A stretch of 64,000 nt of DNA from Candidatus Hydrogenedentota bacterium (GTDB taxonomy: Bacteria; Hydrogenedentota; Hydrogenedentia; Hydrogenedentales; SLHB01): NCBI GenBank assembly GCA_029974275.1, contig JARKSN010000313.1, forward strand, positions 22,525 through 86,524, given 5' to 3'. Each line of letters begins with the position of its first letter. The stretch's first letter is position 1. Under the pieces are notes generated by a model. That model was not told the origin of the DNA and searched no databases. It was given only the letters and a program-made list of their open reading frames with translations. Shown here piece by piece: positions 27,975 to 39,485 of the stretch. A program made the translations under genes and the position numbers.

Positions 27975-30185
27975 ATGGTACCCGTCAGGAAGGGTCGGCG
28001 CGCCGCGGTTTGCCTATGGGGCATGGCGGCATTCGCGTCGATCTGCACGCTCTCGCAAGCGCAAGGAGTGAATTTTTCCGTGGACTCCAATGCGGCGGGG
28101 CTTTCCGGCTCCGCCGTGGCCGCCGATAACCATCCGGCCCACGTCTTTATCGGCGGCGGCGGAACAAACGTTGTGCGCGTTTCGCGAAATGATTTGGGGC
28201 TGCTGGCCGGCGACAACGTGGACGCCATTTCCTTTCCGCAGCAGACGCTGATGGTGGAGCCCACCTATCCGTGGACCGTTATGTGGCATTTCTCCGTGGA
28301 CCCGCCGACCCAAGGCGCTCCGGGTTCTGCGGTGAACACGGAACAAGGATTGACGCCGCCCGAAGCGGCAGGCGACGTGTTCGTCGCCACCGGTCCGCCC
28401 GCCTTCTCCAACGCCAAAGCGATCGACGAATCCGTTTTGGGGCTGGCTGCGCCGGGAGGGCCCGAAGACAATGTAGACGCTCTCGACTTGGATGCTCCCT
28501 TTTTGCCGCGTCCACTGCCCAGAGGATCCCTGTTCTTCTCCCTATCCGCCGGATCCCCCTCCTTACTATCGAGTGGCAGAACCGCCGGCGACATTCTCAT
28601 GCCCGATGGAATGGGCGGTTTTGAACTGGCTGTTCCTCCCTTTTTGTGGTCGTCGGGATTGTATCTGCCGAACGGATCGGATGTAAGTCTTGGCATTCCC
28701 GGGCAGGACTTGGACGCCCTGTTTCTCGACTCGATCCAGTTTCCTTACTTCTCCATCGCCGCGCCGTGGGTGTCGCCCGGCGGCCCCATCGCCCCCGGCG
28801 ACATCTTGTGCCCCGATGGAACCGGGACATTTCCCTTCGCCCCCAAGAATGGCGCAGCCGACATTGTCATCTCGGCTCCGCAATTGGGGCTGACCGTGAA
28901 CGATAACCTCAATGCGCTGGACGCTCACGGGACGGTTTTCCCGTCCGAACCTGAGAATCCCGCGAACCAAATGCCGCACATGAACGGGCGCTTCCTCACG
29001 CCGGTCCCCGATAACAATCAACCGCCGCTGAGCGGACGGCCAAATTGGTGTTCCCCCGTGGCGACTCTCAACGTGGTGGAGTTCTGGGAAGTGAACCAGG
29101 CGCACGCAAGCGCACAAGGTTTGCTGGACCCCGCCGATGTGGTCCCCGGGCCGGGCGTACGCCCCGGCAGTTCCACAGCGGATTACATCGGATGGTTCAT
29201 GGACACCAGCAATCAGGGCAGTCCTGCCCGCGCCAATCCCGGAAACGGCGGCACGTTGGACATCGACATCATGCCCGGGTTTGACGAGTTCCTGCGGTGG
29301 GATAGCGCGAATCTGTTCGGATGGCCCGCCGCCATGCCCTATGCGAAAACCCAGCACGCATGGGCGCTAGGGTATAGTTTTCGACCCGCTACGGCGGAAC
29401 CCCAGGCATGGACGGAGCTGACGACCGAGATCGATGCGCTACGGACGCTCATCATGTCGTTCGTCATGTGGTCGCTCAAAAATCCCATCCACGTCATGGC
29501 GAATGGTTTGGGCGCATCCCCGGTCAGCATCACCTTCTACGAATGGGCGCCCCCCGCAGCCGCCGGAAACACCGGTTCCAACACGGAAACATGGGACTTT
29601 GGCATGGGGATCGGCCACAGCGTGACGGCTGTAGGCTATCTCAATGGCGTAGACCCGGACGGGCCAGGTCCTTGGCCGACATGCGACTGGGTGATAGTCC
29701 ACGACAACTGGTCGAGCACGCCGCGCAACGTCGCCGTGCCATGGGTGGATTTCTCGAACGCGCCCCCCAACAACCCGGCAACGGTCCTTGGCGATCCTGC
29801 CGCTACTAACTGGTGGCGCTCCAACGTCGTGGCCAGCCTCGGCAATGATTCGGACGGCGACGGAATTCCCGATTCCGTAGAAGGAACGGGCGACTCGGAC
29901 GGCGACGGAACTCCCGACTATCTCGATCTGGACAGCGACGATGACGGAATCCCCGATGTCACCGAAGGCTCAAGCGATCCGGACAGCGATGGCGTTCCGA
30001 ACTACCTTGATTTGGACAGCGACGGTGACGGCGTGCCCGATTCACTCGAGCGCATCCTCGGCTCCAATCCCTACGACGCCGGCAATCCCACGGAAATACC
30101 TGCGGCGCACTGGCTACTGGTGGCGCTGGCGCTTCTGACGGCAGGGTGGCTACTGGCGCGAAAAAGAAAATCGCCCATGGCGTAA
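27975..30185 (+). CDS. Secreted protein with papain/C39-like peptidase domain, DxDGDG Ca-binding repeats and C-terminal sorting signal
   Basis: Signal peptide; [19 protein letters not shown]; repeated DSDGDG; C-terminal EIPAA-TM-RKRK. Confidence 0.7.
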   Translation: MVPVRKGRRAAVCLWGMAAFASICTLSQAQGVNFSVDSNAAGLSGSAVAADNHPAHVFIGGGGTNVVRVSRNDLGLLAGDNVDAISFPQQTLMVEPTYPWTVMWHFSVDPPTQGAPGSAVNTEQGLTPPEAAGDVFVATGPPAFSNAKAIDESVLGLAAPGGPEDNVDALDLDAPFLPRPLPRGSLFFSLSAGSPSLLSSGRTAGDILMPDGMGGFELAVPPFLWSSGLYLPNGSDVSLGIPGQDLDALFLDSIQFPYFSIAAPWVSPGGPIAPGDILCPDGTGTFPFAPKNGAADIVISAPQLGLTVNDNLNALDAHGTVFPSEPENPANQMPHMNGRFLTPVPDNNQPPLSGRPNWCSPVATLNVVEFWEVNQAHASAQGLLDPADVVPGPGVRPGSSTADYIGWFMDTSNQGSPARANPGNGGTLDIDIMPGFDEFLRWDSANLFGWPAAMPYAKTQHAWALGYSFRPATAEPQAWTELTTEIDALRTLIMSFVMWSLKNPIHVMANGLGASPVSITFYEWAPPAAAGNTGSNTETWDFGMGIGHSVTAVGYLNGVDPDGPGPWPTCDWVIVHDNWSSTPRNVAVPWVDFSNAPPNNPATVLGDPAATNWWRSNVVASLGNDSDGDGIPDSVEGTGDSDGDGTPDYLDLDSDDDGIPDVTEGSSDPDSDGVPNYLDLDSDGDGVPDSLERILGSNPYDAGNPTEIPAAHWLLVALALLTAGWLLARKRKSPMA

Positions 30186-30195
30186 TGCATGCACC

Positions 30196-30225
30196 GGGTC
30201 CCTGCAGGCCTTCCTGCGGGGACCC
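30196..30225. terminator. Hairpin between convergent genes
   Basis: GGGTCCCTGCAGG-CCTT-CCTGCGGGGACCC. Confidence 0.55.
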
Positions 30226-30297
30226 GCGCCCTTTCGATCCATGAGGAAAGAGGGCGTGGGGCGCGCATTCGCGGAAAACGGCCGTGCGGATCGCGGT

Positions 30298-32193
30298 TTA
30301 CGCGACGGGATGGCCGCTATGATGCTGCACAAAAGCGCGAACGGCGCGCGTGAGAGACGGCGCATCGAGACCGATCTCCGCGAGTTGCTCCTCGCGGGTG
30401 GCGTGGTCGATAAAGCGATCGGGAAAGCCGAGCGTTTTGACGCGAACTCCTGAGCCTTCGAATTTTCCCTCCTGGGAATAGTATTCAAGCACCGATGCGC
30501 CCAATCCGCCAAGGAGGGTGTTCTCCTCCACCGTCACGATCAACCCGCCCGATAGGCGGTCCAACATGGCCGTATCCAGCGGCTTGACGAACCGGGCATC
30601 GACCACCCCTACGGATATGCCCTCCCGCGCAAGGGCGTCGGCGGCCTCCAAACATGCCGCCAAGCATGGCCCCACGCCCAAGAAGGTCGCGTCCGTCCCT
30701 TCGCGCAAGATTTCGGCGCGGGAAATGTCGCGCCCGTCAGCCGGGCCGATCCGCGGCGCCAATCCGCGGGCATACCGAATCGCCACGGGGCCGGATTGCT
30801 CCAACGCCCAGGCCAGTGCCCGCTGCAAATCTTGGGCGTCACGCGGCGCCAGCAACGTGAGGTGAGGAATGATGCGCAAAAAAGACAGATCGAAGGCTCC
30901 TTGCTGGGTGGGGCTGTCCTCGCCCACCGCTCCGGCGCGATCGATTGCGAACACGACCGGCAGGCGCTGCAAACAGACGTCGTGCAGCGCTTGGTCAAAG
31001 CCTCGCTGCAGAAACGTCGAGTAAATGGCGCAAATCGGCTTCATGCCCTGCGCCGCCAACCCCGCCGCAAACGTGACGGCGTGTTCCTCGCAAATGCCAA
31101 CGTCGTATACGCGATCCGGAAATTCTTTTGCAACCGTCGAAAGACCGGTTCCCGTCGGCATGGCCGCCGTGATGGCCGCCACCTTCGAATCGGCGCGGAA
31201 CGCCTCCAACGCCGCTTGGGAAAAGGCCTCCGTAAAGGTCGGACATGGGGGAGAATTTGGCGTGAAGCGTCCCGTGGTGATGTCGAACGCCGCAACGCCA
31301 TGATAGGTTTGCGGATCTTCTTCCGCAAAACTGTACCCTTTTCCCTTTTGTGTCACGACATGAAAAAAAACAGGGCCGTGCAATTTGCGTAGATTCGAAA
31401 AACATTCGGTGAGCGTGGGCAAATCGTGGCCGTCCACCGGGCCCACGTAGCGGAAACCAAGCTGCTCGAACAACGTGCCCGGCGTCAAAAAGCCCTTGAC
31501 CGTTTGTTCCAAGCGAGACGCCGCCCGCGTCACGTGTTCGCCCAGCATGCGCTTCATGAAGCTCCCGATGTCTTCCTTGGCGCGCGTGTAGATGCCTGCG
31601 GTGATCAAACGGCTGAAATACGACGACAACGCCCCGACGTTGGGCGATATCGCCATCCGGTTGTCATTGAGGACGACAAGCAGGTCCTTGCCGAGATGGC
31701 CCGCATGCGCCAGCGCTTCAAAGGCCATTCCCCCTGTCATGGCTCCGTCGCCGATGATCGCAACGACTTTGCGATCGTTTCCCAGCCAATCGTTGGCCAC
31801 GGTCATGCCGAGGGCCGCCGATATCGAGGTCGAGCTATGCCCCACGCCAAACGCGTCGTATTCGCTCTCGGAAGGCCGGGGGTAGCCGCTGAGGCCGCCT
31901 TTCTTGCGGACGCTGCAAAACCGTTCCCGGCGTCCGGTAAGCAGCTTGTGCGCGTAGCATTGATGTCCCACATCCCATATCAGCAGATCGTTTGGAGTGT
32001 CGTAGACGTAATGCAGCGCGATGGTCAGTTCCACCACTCCCAAATGCGGCGCCAGATGCCCCCCGTTTACGGCCGCCGTCGCAATGATGGTCCGGCGAAC
32101 CTCGTCGGCCAACGAGTCCAACTCCTCCGCCGGAAGCTTTCTCAGATCGATTGGGCTGGCAATAGAATCCAACAATGGCGTGTTGTCCGCCAT
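30298..32193 (-). CDS. dxs: 1-deoxy-D-xylulose-5-phosphate synthase
   Basis: GGHLAPHLG, WDVGHQCY, GDGAMTGG, DVGICEEHAV, IYSTFLQR. Confidence 0.97.
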   Translation of the reverse strand: MADNTPLLDSIASPIDLRKLPAEELDSLADEVRRTIIATAAVNGGHLAPHLGVVELTIALHYVYDTPNDLLIWDVGHQCYAHKLLTGRRERFCSVRKKGGLSGYPRPSESEYDAFGVGHSSTSISAALGMTVANDWLGNDRKVVAIIGDGAMTGGMAFEALAHAGHLGKDLLVVLNDNRMAISPNVGALSSYFSRLITAGIYTRAKEDIGSFMKRMLGEHVTRAASRLEQTVKGFLTPGTLFEQLGFRYVGPVDGHDLPTLTECFSNLRKLHGPVFFHVVTQKGKGYSFAEEDPQTYHGVAAFDITTGRFTPNSPPCPTFTEAFSQAALEAFRADSKVAAITAAMPTGTGLSTVAKEFPDRVYDVGICEEHAVTFAAGLAAQGMKPICAIYSTFLQRGFDQALHDVCLQRLPVVFAIDRAGAVGEDSPTQQGAFDLSFLRIIPHLTLLAPRDAQDLQRALAWALEQSGPVAIRYARGLAPRIGPADGRDISRAEILREGTDATFLGVGPCLAACLEAADALAREGISVGVVDARFVKPLDTAMLDRLSGGLIVTVEENTLLGGLGASVLEYYSQEGKFEGSGVRVKTLGFPDRFIDHATREEQLAEIGLDAPSLTRAVRAFVQHHSGHPVA

Positions 32194-32621
32194 CTGAGGC
32201 GAAAGCATGTCCATACAGTCCGCAATTCTCCCCAAGCGCCTTGCGCCGCCCTGCCGCGACGTGGAGCGCCTTGCTTCCGAACGATCCGCGCCCCATCTGG
32301 AACCGCGATATAACGTCGCACGCGCCGGCATCTCCGTCACAAAACCTTTTTGCGAAAGCTACTTATACCATATTTCCGGGTCGAAAGGCACGTGCGCGCC
32401 GCGGACCGTAGAAGGCAGCGACAATGGCTGGCGTTTCCGTCGCGACGGTCCAGCCTTCGTCGCGGAGTTTTTTGTTTGGCGAGGCGGATGTCTTTGGCGG
32501 TTTGGTCGAGCTTGTAGCCGCAGGAACGGGGTGTTCTTCCCGGCGCTTGACGGCGCGTTTCAGTGCAACACTCGTGCGCACATGAGTAGGGACATCTTCC
32601 AACGCATGAGAGGAAGCCGCT

Positions 32622-33266
32622 ATGTCATGTCACATCGATCCCGAGACCCATTTGTTGACGGAAACTCCGCACCGGCCCAGTCCCGATTCCGGAGGCGTCA
32701 TCACACCCGAAGCCATTGTTATCCATTACACGGGCGGGGGACGAGCCGCCGGCAGCATCGACTGGTTGACGCGCGCCGATGACGTGTATGTTTCCGCCCA
32801 TGTCGTGATGGATCGCGACGGCTCCATCACGCAGCTTGTTCCCTTTAATCGCCGGGCGTTTCACGCAGGCCGCAGCGCATGGAACGGCCGCTCCGCCCTC
32901 AACGATTGGAGCATCGGCATTGAACTCGCCAATTACGGTGTTTGCTTGGAGCAACCGGACGGAGGCGTTCGCGCGTCTACGGGCGCTGAAATTGCCCGGG
33001 GAAGCGCCCTTCGCGCCGCGCAAAAACACGGCGGGCCTGTTGTCTGGTGGGAACGTTTTCCGGAAGCCCAGATCGATGCCTGTGCGCGGCTCTGCGTCGC
33101 ATTGATGCGCGCCTATCCCATCGAGCTTGTTCTGGGACATGACGATGTCGCCCCGGGCCGTAAAGTCGACCCCGGCCCCGCGTTCGACCTGGATGCGTTT
33201 CGGGCGCGGGTCGCCGTGTGCGGCGGTTCTTGCGGGAATGCTCGTTTGGATGCAACGGGGTTGTGA
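32622..33266 (+). CDS. N-acetylmuramoyl-L-alanine amidase (Amidase_2/AmpD-like)
   Basis: IVIHYT, SAH, AFHAG, SIGIEL, GHDDVAPGRKVDPG. Confidence 0.9.
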   Translation: MSCHIDPETHLLTETPHRPSPDSGGVITPEAIVIHYTGGGRAAGSIDWLTRADDVYVSAHVVMDRDGSITQLVPFNRRAFHAGRSAWNGRSALNDWSIGIELANYGVCLEQPDGGVRASTGAEIARGSALRAAQKHGGPVVWWERFPEAQIDACARLCVALMRAYPIELVLGHDDVAPGRKVDPGPAFDLDAFRARVAVCGGSCGNARLDATGL

Positions 33267-33315
33267 GAATTCGGGCCAGGCGTTGCGCGGGGAACGGGCG
33301 GGGAAAAAATAGAAA

Positions 33316-33408
33316 TGGCGGAGAGAGCGGGATTTGAACCCGCGGTACCCCTTGTGAGGGTACACACGCTTTCCAAGCGTGCGCCATCAACCACTCGGCC
33401 ATCTCTCC
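33316..33408 (-). tRNA. tRNA-Ser(GGA)
   Basis: Reverse complement GGAGAGATGGCCGAGTGG...CTTGGAAAG...long variable arm...GGTTCAAATCCC...CTCTCCGCCA; CCA encoded; upstream TTGACA/TAAAAT promoter. Confidence 0.97.
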
Positions 33409-33556
33409 GCGCCGGAAACGCCGATTTTAGGCGCCGGGGCGGAATAATGTCAACTTGCCTTTTGGGCGCAGTTGCGTCTTTCCTTGGAAGTGTGGTTTGA
33501 TGCTGGCGTGTTGAGTGCGGAAAACGTTGTGAAGGACGTGGCGCGAGGAAGACGAC

Positions 33557-34216
33557 ATGAAGCCGATAGCCGTTTTGACGCTGGTTGCAGCATTGTTGTG
33601 GGCGATGACATCGTGCAGCCCGAAGCCTTCTGGCAGCCCGGCGGCATCGCAGGGAAGCGCCGGAGCGGAGGCGGTGCAGGGAACGATCGAGGAGACGGTT
33701 GAAATCGGCGATGTCGAGCAGTCTGTGCTGTTGTCGCTGACGTTGGCCAGCACGCTCACCGGCCCCAACATCCGCCAGGAGTTGCTCCGGGATCCGCGTC
33801 AGATCATCAATTTGGCCCGGGTGTCTGTCAAGCCTCCGTTTCCGAAGGAGTTGCCTATTTTGTTGACCATTTCTTCGATGCGCACCTTTCCGGATACGCC
33901 GGTGGTGTTGCGGGTGCGCGCGTTTGCGGATGAGCGGCCGGTTGGCGTTTTTGCGGCGATTGCGGGCCGACACGACACGGGAAATCGGGATGTGTTGTGG
34001 ACCTTTGATCCGTTGAAGGATGTTCCGGCGTTTCCCGATACGATGTTGGTCCGGGTGGAGGCGGACGCGTTGTTGATGCCGGCGGGCACGGATCCGGGAT
34101 CGATTGATCTCCAGACGGCCACGACTTCGCCCGAGCGCGTCACGAAGCTTATTGGCAATCCGTTGCGCATCCAATTTCACGGGAATGGCGCGCCTGAGGC
34201 CCCCGCGGCTTCGTGA
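33557..34216 (+). CDS. Hypothetical lipoprotein
   Basis: Lipobox MTSC; RBS GAGGAAG. Confidence 0.7.
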   Translation: MKPIAVLTLVAALLWAMTSCSPKPSGSPAASQGSAGAEAVQGTIEETVEIGDVEQSVLLSLTLASTLTGPNIRQELLRDPRQIINLARVSVKPPFPKELPILLTISSMRTFPDTPVVLRVRAFADERPVGVFAAIAGRHDTGNRDVLWTFDPLKDVPAFPDTMLVRVEADALLMPAGTDPGSIDLQTATTSPERVTKLIGNPLRIQFHGNGAPEAPAAS

Positions 34217-34305
34217 CATCCCTGCCTGCTTCACAGCCAACGTCTTGAAAAAGACATCGCCGGAAGGCGTTGCGGCGTTCCCGGCGATGTGATTGGCGCA
34301 CGGAA

Positions 34306-35538
34306 TCAGTTCTGGACAACGACGTATATCGGGTTGCTGATCGCGGTTACGCCATCCATGTATGCGTTTCCTGGCCCGGGGTTGGGCGTGGGGATGCGGT
34401 GCAGTTCGGGGCGGTAATAGGCGGACGCGGACGGCGTGTCGCGGAACGTGTAGGCGTTGGCGCCGCCCAGGAGCGCGGTGAAGCGGAACAAGACGCCGTC
34501 TTTGTAGATCAACAGCAAATCGTAGGAAGCATACCCCTGTTGGCTCATCCAGTTTTTGATGTCGACAAAGCGAAGCTGGCGGTTTAGAAGGGCCTGGATC
34601 GTGGCGTTGTCGAAGTCGATGATGCCGCCGCCGCCGGGGTTGCCCGCGACGTTGACTTGGAAGGCGATGGGCTGTCCGGCGCAGGCGATTTCGTCGCCCA
34701 TGCGGGCGTCATCGTACCGGCCGTCCTGGTTCGCGTCCGCCGCGAATTCGAGGCGCGGTCCGGCCGGATCGTAGGTCACGGAGGCGCGTCCGTTGCGGAT
34801 GGCTTCCAGGATGGCGGCTCCGGTTCTTGCCTGGGCATACACCCATGTGGTGGGCTTTCCGAGGCCGCTATATTTGTGTTCGGATCCCCAGAGCCAGGAG
34901 TATGCGCCGGTCAACGTGTGGGTGTCGCTGCCTCCGACGAGCGGCACGCGATTTCCGGCGCGGAGCAGGTCGTCGTAGAAGGCGCGGCCTTGAAAGGCGA
35001 CGAGGTCTGCTGTGCAAAAGGGAAGGTTCCAGATTTCGACCGCGTCGGGGAGGTAGGCGAGCGGGTATTTCCAGAGGTGGCTCTCTGGGTGGTTGATGGA
35101 GAACAGGGCGCCTTGTTCGGCGGCGGCGGTTTGGGCGGCGTCGGCGTTGTTTGCGCGGTTGGCGGTCCACAGGGGGCCATAGTTGAACATGGCGTCTTTT
35201 AGAATGTTCGCATGGCCTTTCGCGGTGGTCCATTCCATTCCGTAAAGCAGGATCATCGACGTCGATCGGTAGTTGGCGTTGTGCCATTGTGCGGGATAGC
35301 CCATGGTCAGGGGCGAGTTGTCGTGATCGGTGATGACGTAGTAGTCAAAGCCTAGCGTTTGGGCTTTTTTGATGTGGTCGGAGACGCTGTTGATGCCGTC
35401 GCTTTGGTTGGAGTGCGCATGGAGGTCGCCTTTGAGCCAGACGCCGCCGAATACGGGCGGGTTGTCGGCCCATGCCAGAGACGCAATGAGGAGAAACGCG
35501 CTAACGGCTGCCGTAACACGACTGGGCGCATGTTGCAT
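34306..35538 (-). CDS. Secreted PHP-domain metallohydrolase (CehA/McbA-like)
   Basis: WLKGDLHAHS, ITDHD, GMEWT...GHAN, INHP, GGSDTH; signal peptide. Confidence 0.85.
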   Translation of the reverse strand: MQHAPSRVTAAVSAFLLIASLAWADNPPVFGGVWLKGDLHAHSNQSDGINSVSDHIKKAQTLGFDYYVITDHDNSPLTMGYPAQWHNANYRSTSMILLYGMEWTTAKGHANILKDAMFNYGPLWTANRANNADAAQTAAAEQGALFSINHPESHLWKYPLAYLPDAVEIWNLPFCTADLVAFQGRAFYDDLLRAGNRVPLVGGSDTHTLTGAYSWLWGSEHKYSGLGKPTTWVYAQARTGAAILEAIRNGRASVTYDPAGPRLEFAADANQDGRYDDARMGDEIACAGQPIAFQVNVAGNPGGGGIIDFDNATIQALLNRQLRFVDIKNWMSQQGYASYDLLLIYKDGVLFRFTALLGGANAYTFRDTPSASAYYRPELHRIPTPNPGPGNAYMDGVTAISNPIYVVVQN

Positions 35539-35761
35539 GATGATGCCCTCTCGGGTTGTTCCCGCGCGGACTTGCGCCCTTTTCTTGCTCAAGCCCCGCC
35601 CTCTTCGCTGTGGAGATCATGACACGAATCCAACACGGAGTATATGTCTAAATATGTGAATTCGTCAAGGGGTTTTCGTTGCGGCGTTGGAGGGGGGGGA
35701 GTATACTTTGGGGCGCAACGTTTTCGTCGGAATGCAAGCATTGGAGAAGGGAAGAGAAGTC

Positions 35762-37432
35762 ATGAGGAGCGATATCGTCAAAAAAGGTTTCGAACGTGCG
35801 CCGCACCGCTCGTTGTTGTGGGCGACCGGCCAGATTCAGTCGGCGGAGGATTTCAGGAAGCCGTTTATCGCGATTTGCAACAGTTTCATCGAGATCATCC
35901 CCGGCCACGTGCATTTGAATGAGTTGGGGCGTCTCGCCAAGGAGGCCGTGCGCGAGGCGGGCGGCGTTCCGTTCGAGTTCAACACGATCGGCGTGGACGA
36001 CGGGATCGCGATGGGGCATGCGGGCATGAGCTATAGCTTGCCTTCGCGCGAGTTGATTGCCGACTCGGTGGAGACGGTCATCAAGGCTCACTCGTTCGAC
36101 GGGATGATTTGCATTCCGAATTGCGACAAGATTGTGCCGGGCATGATCATGGGCGCGATGCGCTGCAACATTCCGACGATTTTCGTCTCTGGCGGCCCGA
36201 TGCTTGCGGGCAAGACGAAGGATGGGAAGACGGTTGATTTGATCAGCGTGTTCGAGGGCGTGGGCGCGTATCAGAAGGGCGAGTTGACGGATGAGCAGTT
36301 GGACGATCTTGAGCGCAATGCGTGTCCGTCGTGCGGGTCGTGTTCGGGCATGTTCACGGCGAACTCGATGAATTGCTTGTGCGAAGCGCTGGGCATTGCG
36401 TTGCCGGGCAACGGCACCGTTCTCGCCACCACCGGGGACCGTCGCGAATTGGTGAAGCAGGCCGCGCGACAGGTTTTGAAGCTTGTCGAAGCCGATCTGA
36501 AGCCGCGCGACATCGTCACGCCGAAGTCGATCGACAATGCGCTTGCGCTCGACATGGCGATGGGCGGCTCGACCAACACCGTGCTGCACACGTTGGCCAT
36601 CGCTCATGAAGCGGGCGTGGATTATCCGCTTGCGCGCATCAATGAGGTGTCCGCGCGGGTGCCGAATATTTGCAAAGTCGCGCCGTCGATTCATTGGCAC
36701 ATGGAAGATGTTCACGCCGCGGGCGGCATCAGCGCGATTCTCGCCGAACTCGCGAAAAAGCCCGGCGCGTTGCATCTCGATGCGCCGACGGTCACGCTGA
36801 AGACCCTTGGCGAGAATATTCAGGGCGCGACGAGCACGAACCTGGAAGTCATTCGCGCGCTCGACAACGCCTACAGTCAGACCGGCGGTCTCGCGATCTT
36901 GTTCGGCAATCTCGCCCCTGACGGCGCGGTCGTGAAGGAGGCGGGGGTGGACAAGGCCATCTTGAGGCACACCGGCCCGGCGGTCGTGTTCGAGAGCGAA
37001 GAGGAGAGCATGAAGGGCATTCTCGCGGGCAAGGTGAAGGATGGCGATGTCGTCGTTATTCGTTACGAGGGTCCGAAGGGCGGCCCCGGCATGCGGGAGA
37101 TGTTGGCGCCGACCTCGGCGGTGATGGGGATGGGTCTTGGCAAGTCCGTCAGCCTCATCACGGACGGGCGTTTCTCGGGCGGCACGCGCGGCGCCTGCAT
37201 CGGGCACGTTAGCCCGGAAGCGGCGGACGGCGGTCTCATTGCGTTGGTGCGCGACGGCGACCGGATCGAGATCGATATCCCCGCGCGCACGCTCAATCTG
37301 AAGCTGTCCGACGCCGAGATTGACGCGCGCCGCAAGGAAATGCCCGCGGCGCCGGATCGCAAACTGAGCGGTTGGCTCAAGCGTTATCAGCGCATGGTGA
37401 CCAGCGCGAACACGGGAGCCGTGCTCGAATAG
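35762..37432 (+). CDS. ilvD: Dihydroxy-acid dehydratase
   Basis: [43 protein letters not shown]; promoter TTGCGG-17-TATACT. Confidence 0.97.
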   Translation: MRSDIVKKGFERAPHRSLLWATGQIQSAEDFRKPFIAICNSFIEIIPGHVHLNELGRLAKEAVREAGGVPFEFNTIGVDDGIAMGHAGMSYSLPSRELIADSVETVIKAHSFDGMICIPNCDKIVPGMIMGAMRCNIPTIFVSGGPMLAGKTKDGKTVDLISVFEGVGAYQKGELTDEQLDDLERNACPSCGSCSGMFTANSMNCLCEALGIALPGNGTVLATTGDRRELVKQAARQVLKLVEADLKPRDIVTPKSIDNALALDMAMGGSTNTVLHTLAIAHEAGVDYPLARINEVSARVPNICKVAPSIHWHMEDVHAAGGISAILAELAKKPGALHLDAPTVTLKTLGENIQGATSTNLEVIRALDNAYSQTGGLAILFGNLAPDGAVVKEAGVDKAILRHTGPAVVFESEEESMKGILAGKVKDGDVVVIRYEGPKGGPGMREMLAPTSAVMGMGLGKSVSLITDGRFSGGTRGACIGHVSPEAADGGLIALVRDGDRIEIDIPARTLNLKLSDAEIDARRKEMPAAPDRKLSGWLKRYQRMVTSANTGAVLE

Positions 37433-37453
37433 GTCGCGAGCGGCAAGGTTTTC

Positions 37454-37492
37454 AGCGCCCGTCTGTCGGATGGCAGACGGGCGCTTTCGTTT
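37454..37492. terminator. Intrinsic terminator between ilvD and etfA
   Basis: AGCGCCCGTCTGTC-GGAT-GGCAGACGGGCGCT followed by a T-rich tract. Confidence 0.75.
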
Positions 37493-38505
37493 TATTGCAA
37501 CAGCGCATTCACGGCGCGCATGACTTCGAAGGCGTCGGCGACGTAGAGCACGTCGGCTTTGCCGTGGGCCCAGCCGCAGTTGGGGTCGAGGCTGATGGCG
37601 CGGCGTTCGTTGATGAAGCGCCAGCCGACGACGTGCGGCTCTTCGCCGTGGCAGCAGGTGGACAGGCCTTTGGGGTGGCGCGGCGTGGAGCCGGTCTGGC
37701 CGACTTGGTTGAGGTGGGTCATGAAGGGCAGGACGGCTTGGCCTTCGCCGCTGAGGTCGACGATGGATTTGCTGCCGCCGAGCGAGGCTTGGGTTGCGTT
37801 CAGGAACCCGAGAATGATCGACTGGGCATCGTCGATGTGCGTTTGCCCGTCGGCCTGTTTTTTGGTCCAACCCGCGCCCGCCACGAAAAGCAGTTTCGCC
37901 TCGGGACGAATCGTCTGCGCGCCGCTGGAAGGCGATTGCACGCCCTGGACAACGGTGCGGCGTTGCGCATCGGACAGGTTGGCGGCGACGCGTTCGATGG
38001 TTGCCGCCCCCGCCTCTCCGGTCCACGCCGGGTGGGTGCCGGGGTCGACGCCGATAAGCCATGGGCGTTGTTGGCGCGATTGCACGGCTTCCATGCGTTG
38101 GCGGTAATACCAGCGGGTGATCGATGCGCCTTCGATTTTTGTCGCGTGGAGGTCGGCGGCCCCGCCGAGGCGCGCGGCGGCTCCGGGCAACACGCGGTTC
38201 ATGCGCGACGTGCCGGGCGCCACGATCAGCGTCGCGCTCGCCGCCGTGCACAGGGCTGCAATGGCCGCGGCGTCGGTGGCGTAGCGGGGCTGCGCGAAGT
38301 CCGCGCCTTCCACTGCGAGCATGCGTTGCGCGCCGCAGTTGGCCAAGGCGTTCGCGGCCGGTTGCACTCGTTCGCCGATAAGTCCCGCAAGCAACGGCGC
38401 GCCTAATGCGGCGGCAAGTTCTTTTGCGGCGGTCATGGCCTCGCAAGCAGACTTGGCCAACGCGGCGTCGGATTCAGTGTGCGCTATGAAGAGGATCGTT
38501 TCCAT
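37492..38505 (-). CDS. etfA: Electron transfer flavoprotein alpha subunit, divergent
   Basis: QVGQTG, ISLDPNC, ADVLYVADAF; paired with etfB. Confidence 0.8.
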   Translation of the reverse strand: METILFIAHTESDAALAKSACEAMTAAKELAAALGAPLLAGLIGERVQPAANALANCGAQRMLAVEGADFAQPRYATDAAAIAALCTAASATLIVAPGTSRMNRVLPGAAARLGGAADLHATKIEGASITRWYYRQRMEAVQSRQQRPWLIGVDPGTHPAWTGEAGAATIERVAANLSDAQRRTVVQGVQSPSSGAQTIRPEAKLLFVAGAGWTKKQADGQTHIDDAQSIILGFLNATQASLGGSKSIVDLSGEGQAVLPFMTHLNQVGQTGSTPRHPKGLSTCCHGEEPHVVGWRFINERRAISLDPNCGWAHGKADVLYVADAFEVMRAVNALLQ

Positions 38506-38553
38506 GTTCAGATTCCTACTGTTGGTCCCAAACCCCATTCGAGGGGTGGCGTG

Positions 38554-39354
38554 TTATCCCTTGATCCACTCGACGATTTCGCGCGCGATCGCGTCGGGGG
38601 GGAGGTCCTTGACGATGCGCGTTTCGCGGCGTTGGCTGGGCAGTGATACGGAGGCATAGTTGATGCCTGCGCCGGGGAGGTTGGCGGGCTTGGCGCGTTG
38701 CAACGCGGGCATGGCGGTGCGCATGTTGGCCATGCCGGTTTGGGGGTTGTTGGGCGGCTCGGGAAGATTGCCGGTCGCCCATCCCAACACGGCCGGGGGG
38801 CCCGCGCATACGGAGACTTGGTGGTTGCCGCCTTCGACGCGTTCGAGAATTCGGAGCGCGCCGTTGTCGGCGACCGTCAATTCGTCCACGCCCTGGAACT
38901 GGTCCGCGATGCCGAGGCGTTCGCCGATGATCTGCAACGTGGCTCCCGCGCCGCGCGAGGCCGATTCCCATCCGCCGAACACGAGCAGACGGGTCAGGTC
39001 CAGGTCTGCAATCGCGCGGATGGCATCGGCCAGCGCAGCCCCGACTTCGTATGCGTCGGTGAATCCGCCGCCGGGGCCGTCGAGCGCGACTAACTCGAAC
39101 GGGGCCTTTTGCGCGACGGTCATGAGGACTTGTTGGAGTTTGGCCTTGGGTCCGAGGCTCACGAGCCAGACCTTGCTGCCTGGCGCGTTTTTGGCCAAGT
39201 GGGCGGCCTCGTATAGTGCGTGACCGGCCCAGGGGTCCAACGCCGCCGGCAGCATCAATTCGTTTTTGATCGCGGGGCCGGCGATCGGCTCCAGGGTTTG
39301 CAGGGGGTCCGGAACAATTCCCGCGCATACGACGATGTGATAGTTTTGTGACAC
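38554..39354 (-). CDS. etfB: Electron transfer flavoprotein beta subunit, divergent
   Basis: GTG start with RBS AAGAAAGGA; IVVCAGIVPD, ALYEA, LVSLGP, FGGWESAS. Confidence 0.8.
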   Translation of the reverse strand: MSQNYHIVVCAGIVPDPLQTLEPIAGPAIKNELMLPAALDPWAGHALYEAAHLAKNAPGSKVWLVSLGPKAKLQQVLMTVAQKAPFELVALDGPGGGFTDAYEVGAALADAIRAIADLDLTRLLVFGGWESASRGAGATLQIIGERLGIADQFQGVDELTVADNGALRILERVEGGNHQVSVCAGPPAVLGWATGNLPEPPNNPQTGMANMRTAMPALQRAKPANLPGAGINYASVSLPSQRRETRIVKDLPPDAIAREIVEWIKG

Positions 39355-39485
39355 GATGCGTTCCTTTCTTGGCTCCACAGGCTTGCATGGCGGCGCCCGA
39401 AATTCGGGGCGCGAACCCATCCCGTCCGCCGACGCGTCTGCGGCGAATGGTTATGCCTTTTCCCGCTTGTGAAAACAACCTTTCG

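Noticed and set aside
32622..33408. Prophage or island integrated at tRNA-Ser, given the adjacent amidase
   Set aside because: No integrase, duplicated tRNA 3' end or phage genes were seen.
35648..38446. 932-aa minus-strand ORF, and similar long ORFs such as 22780-25116, 26017-27753 and 18797-20368
   Set aside because: These are antisense or off-frame shadows of well-supported genes in high-GC DNA.
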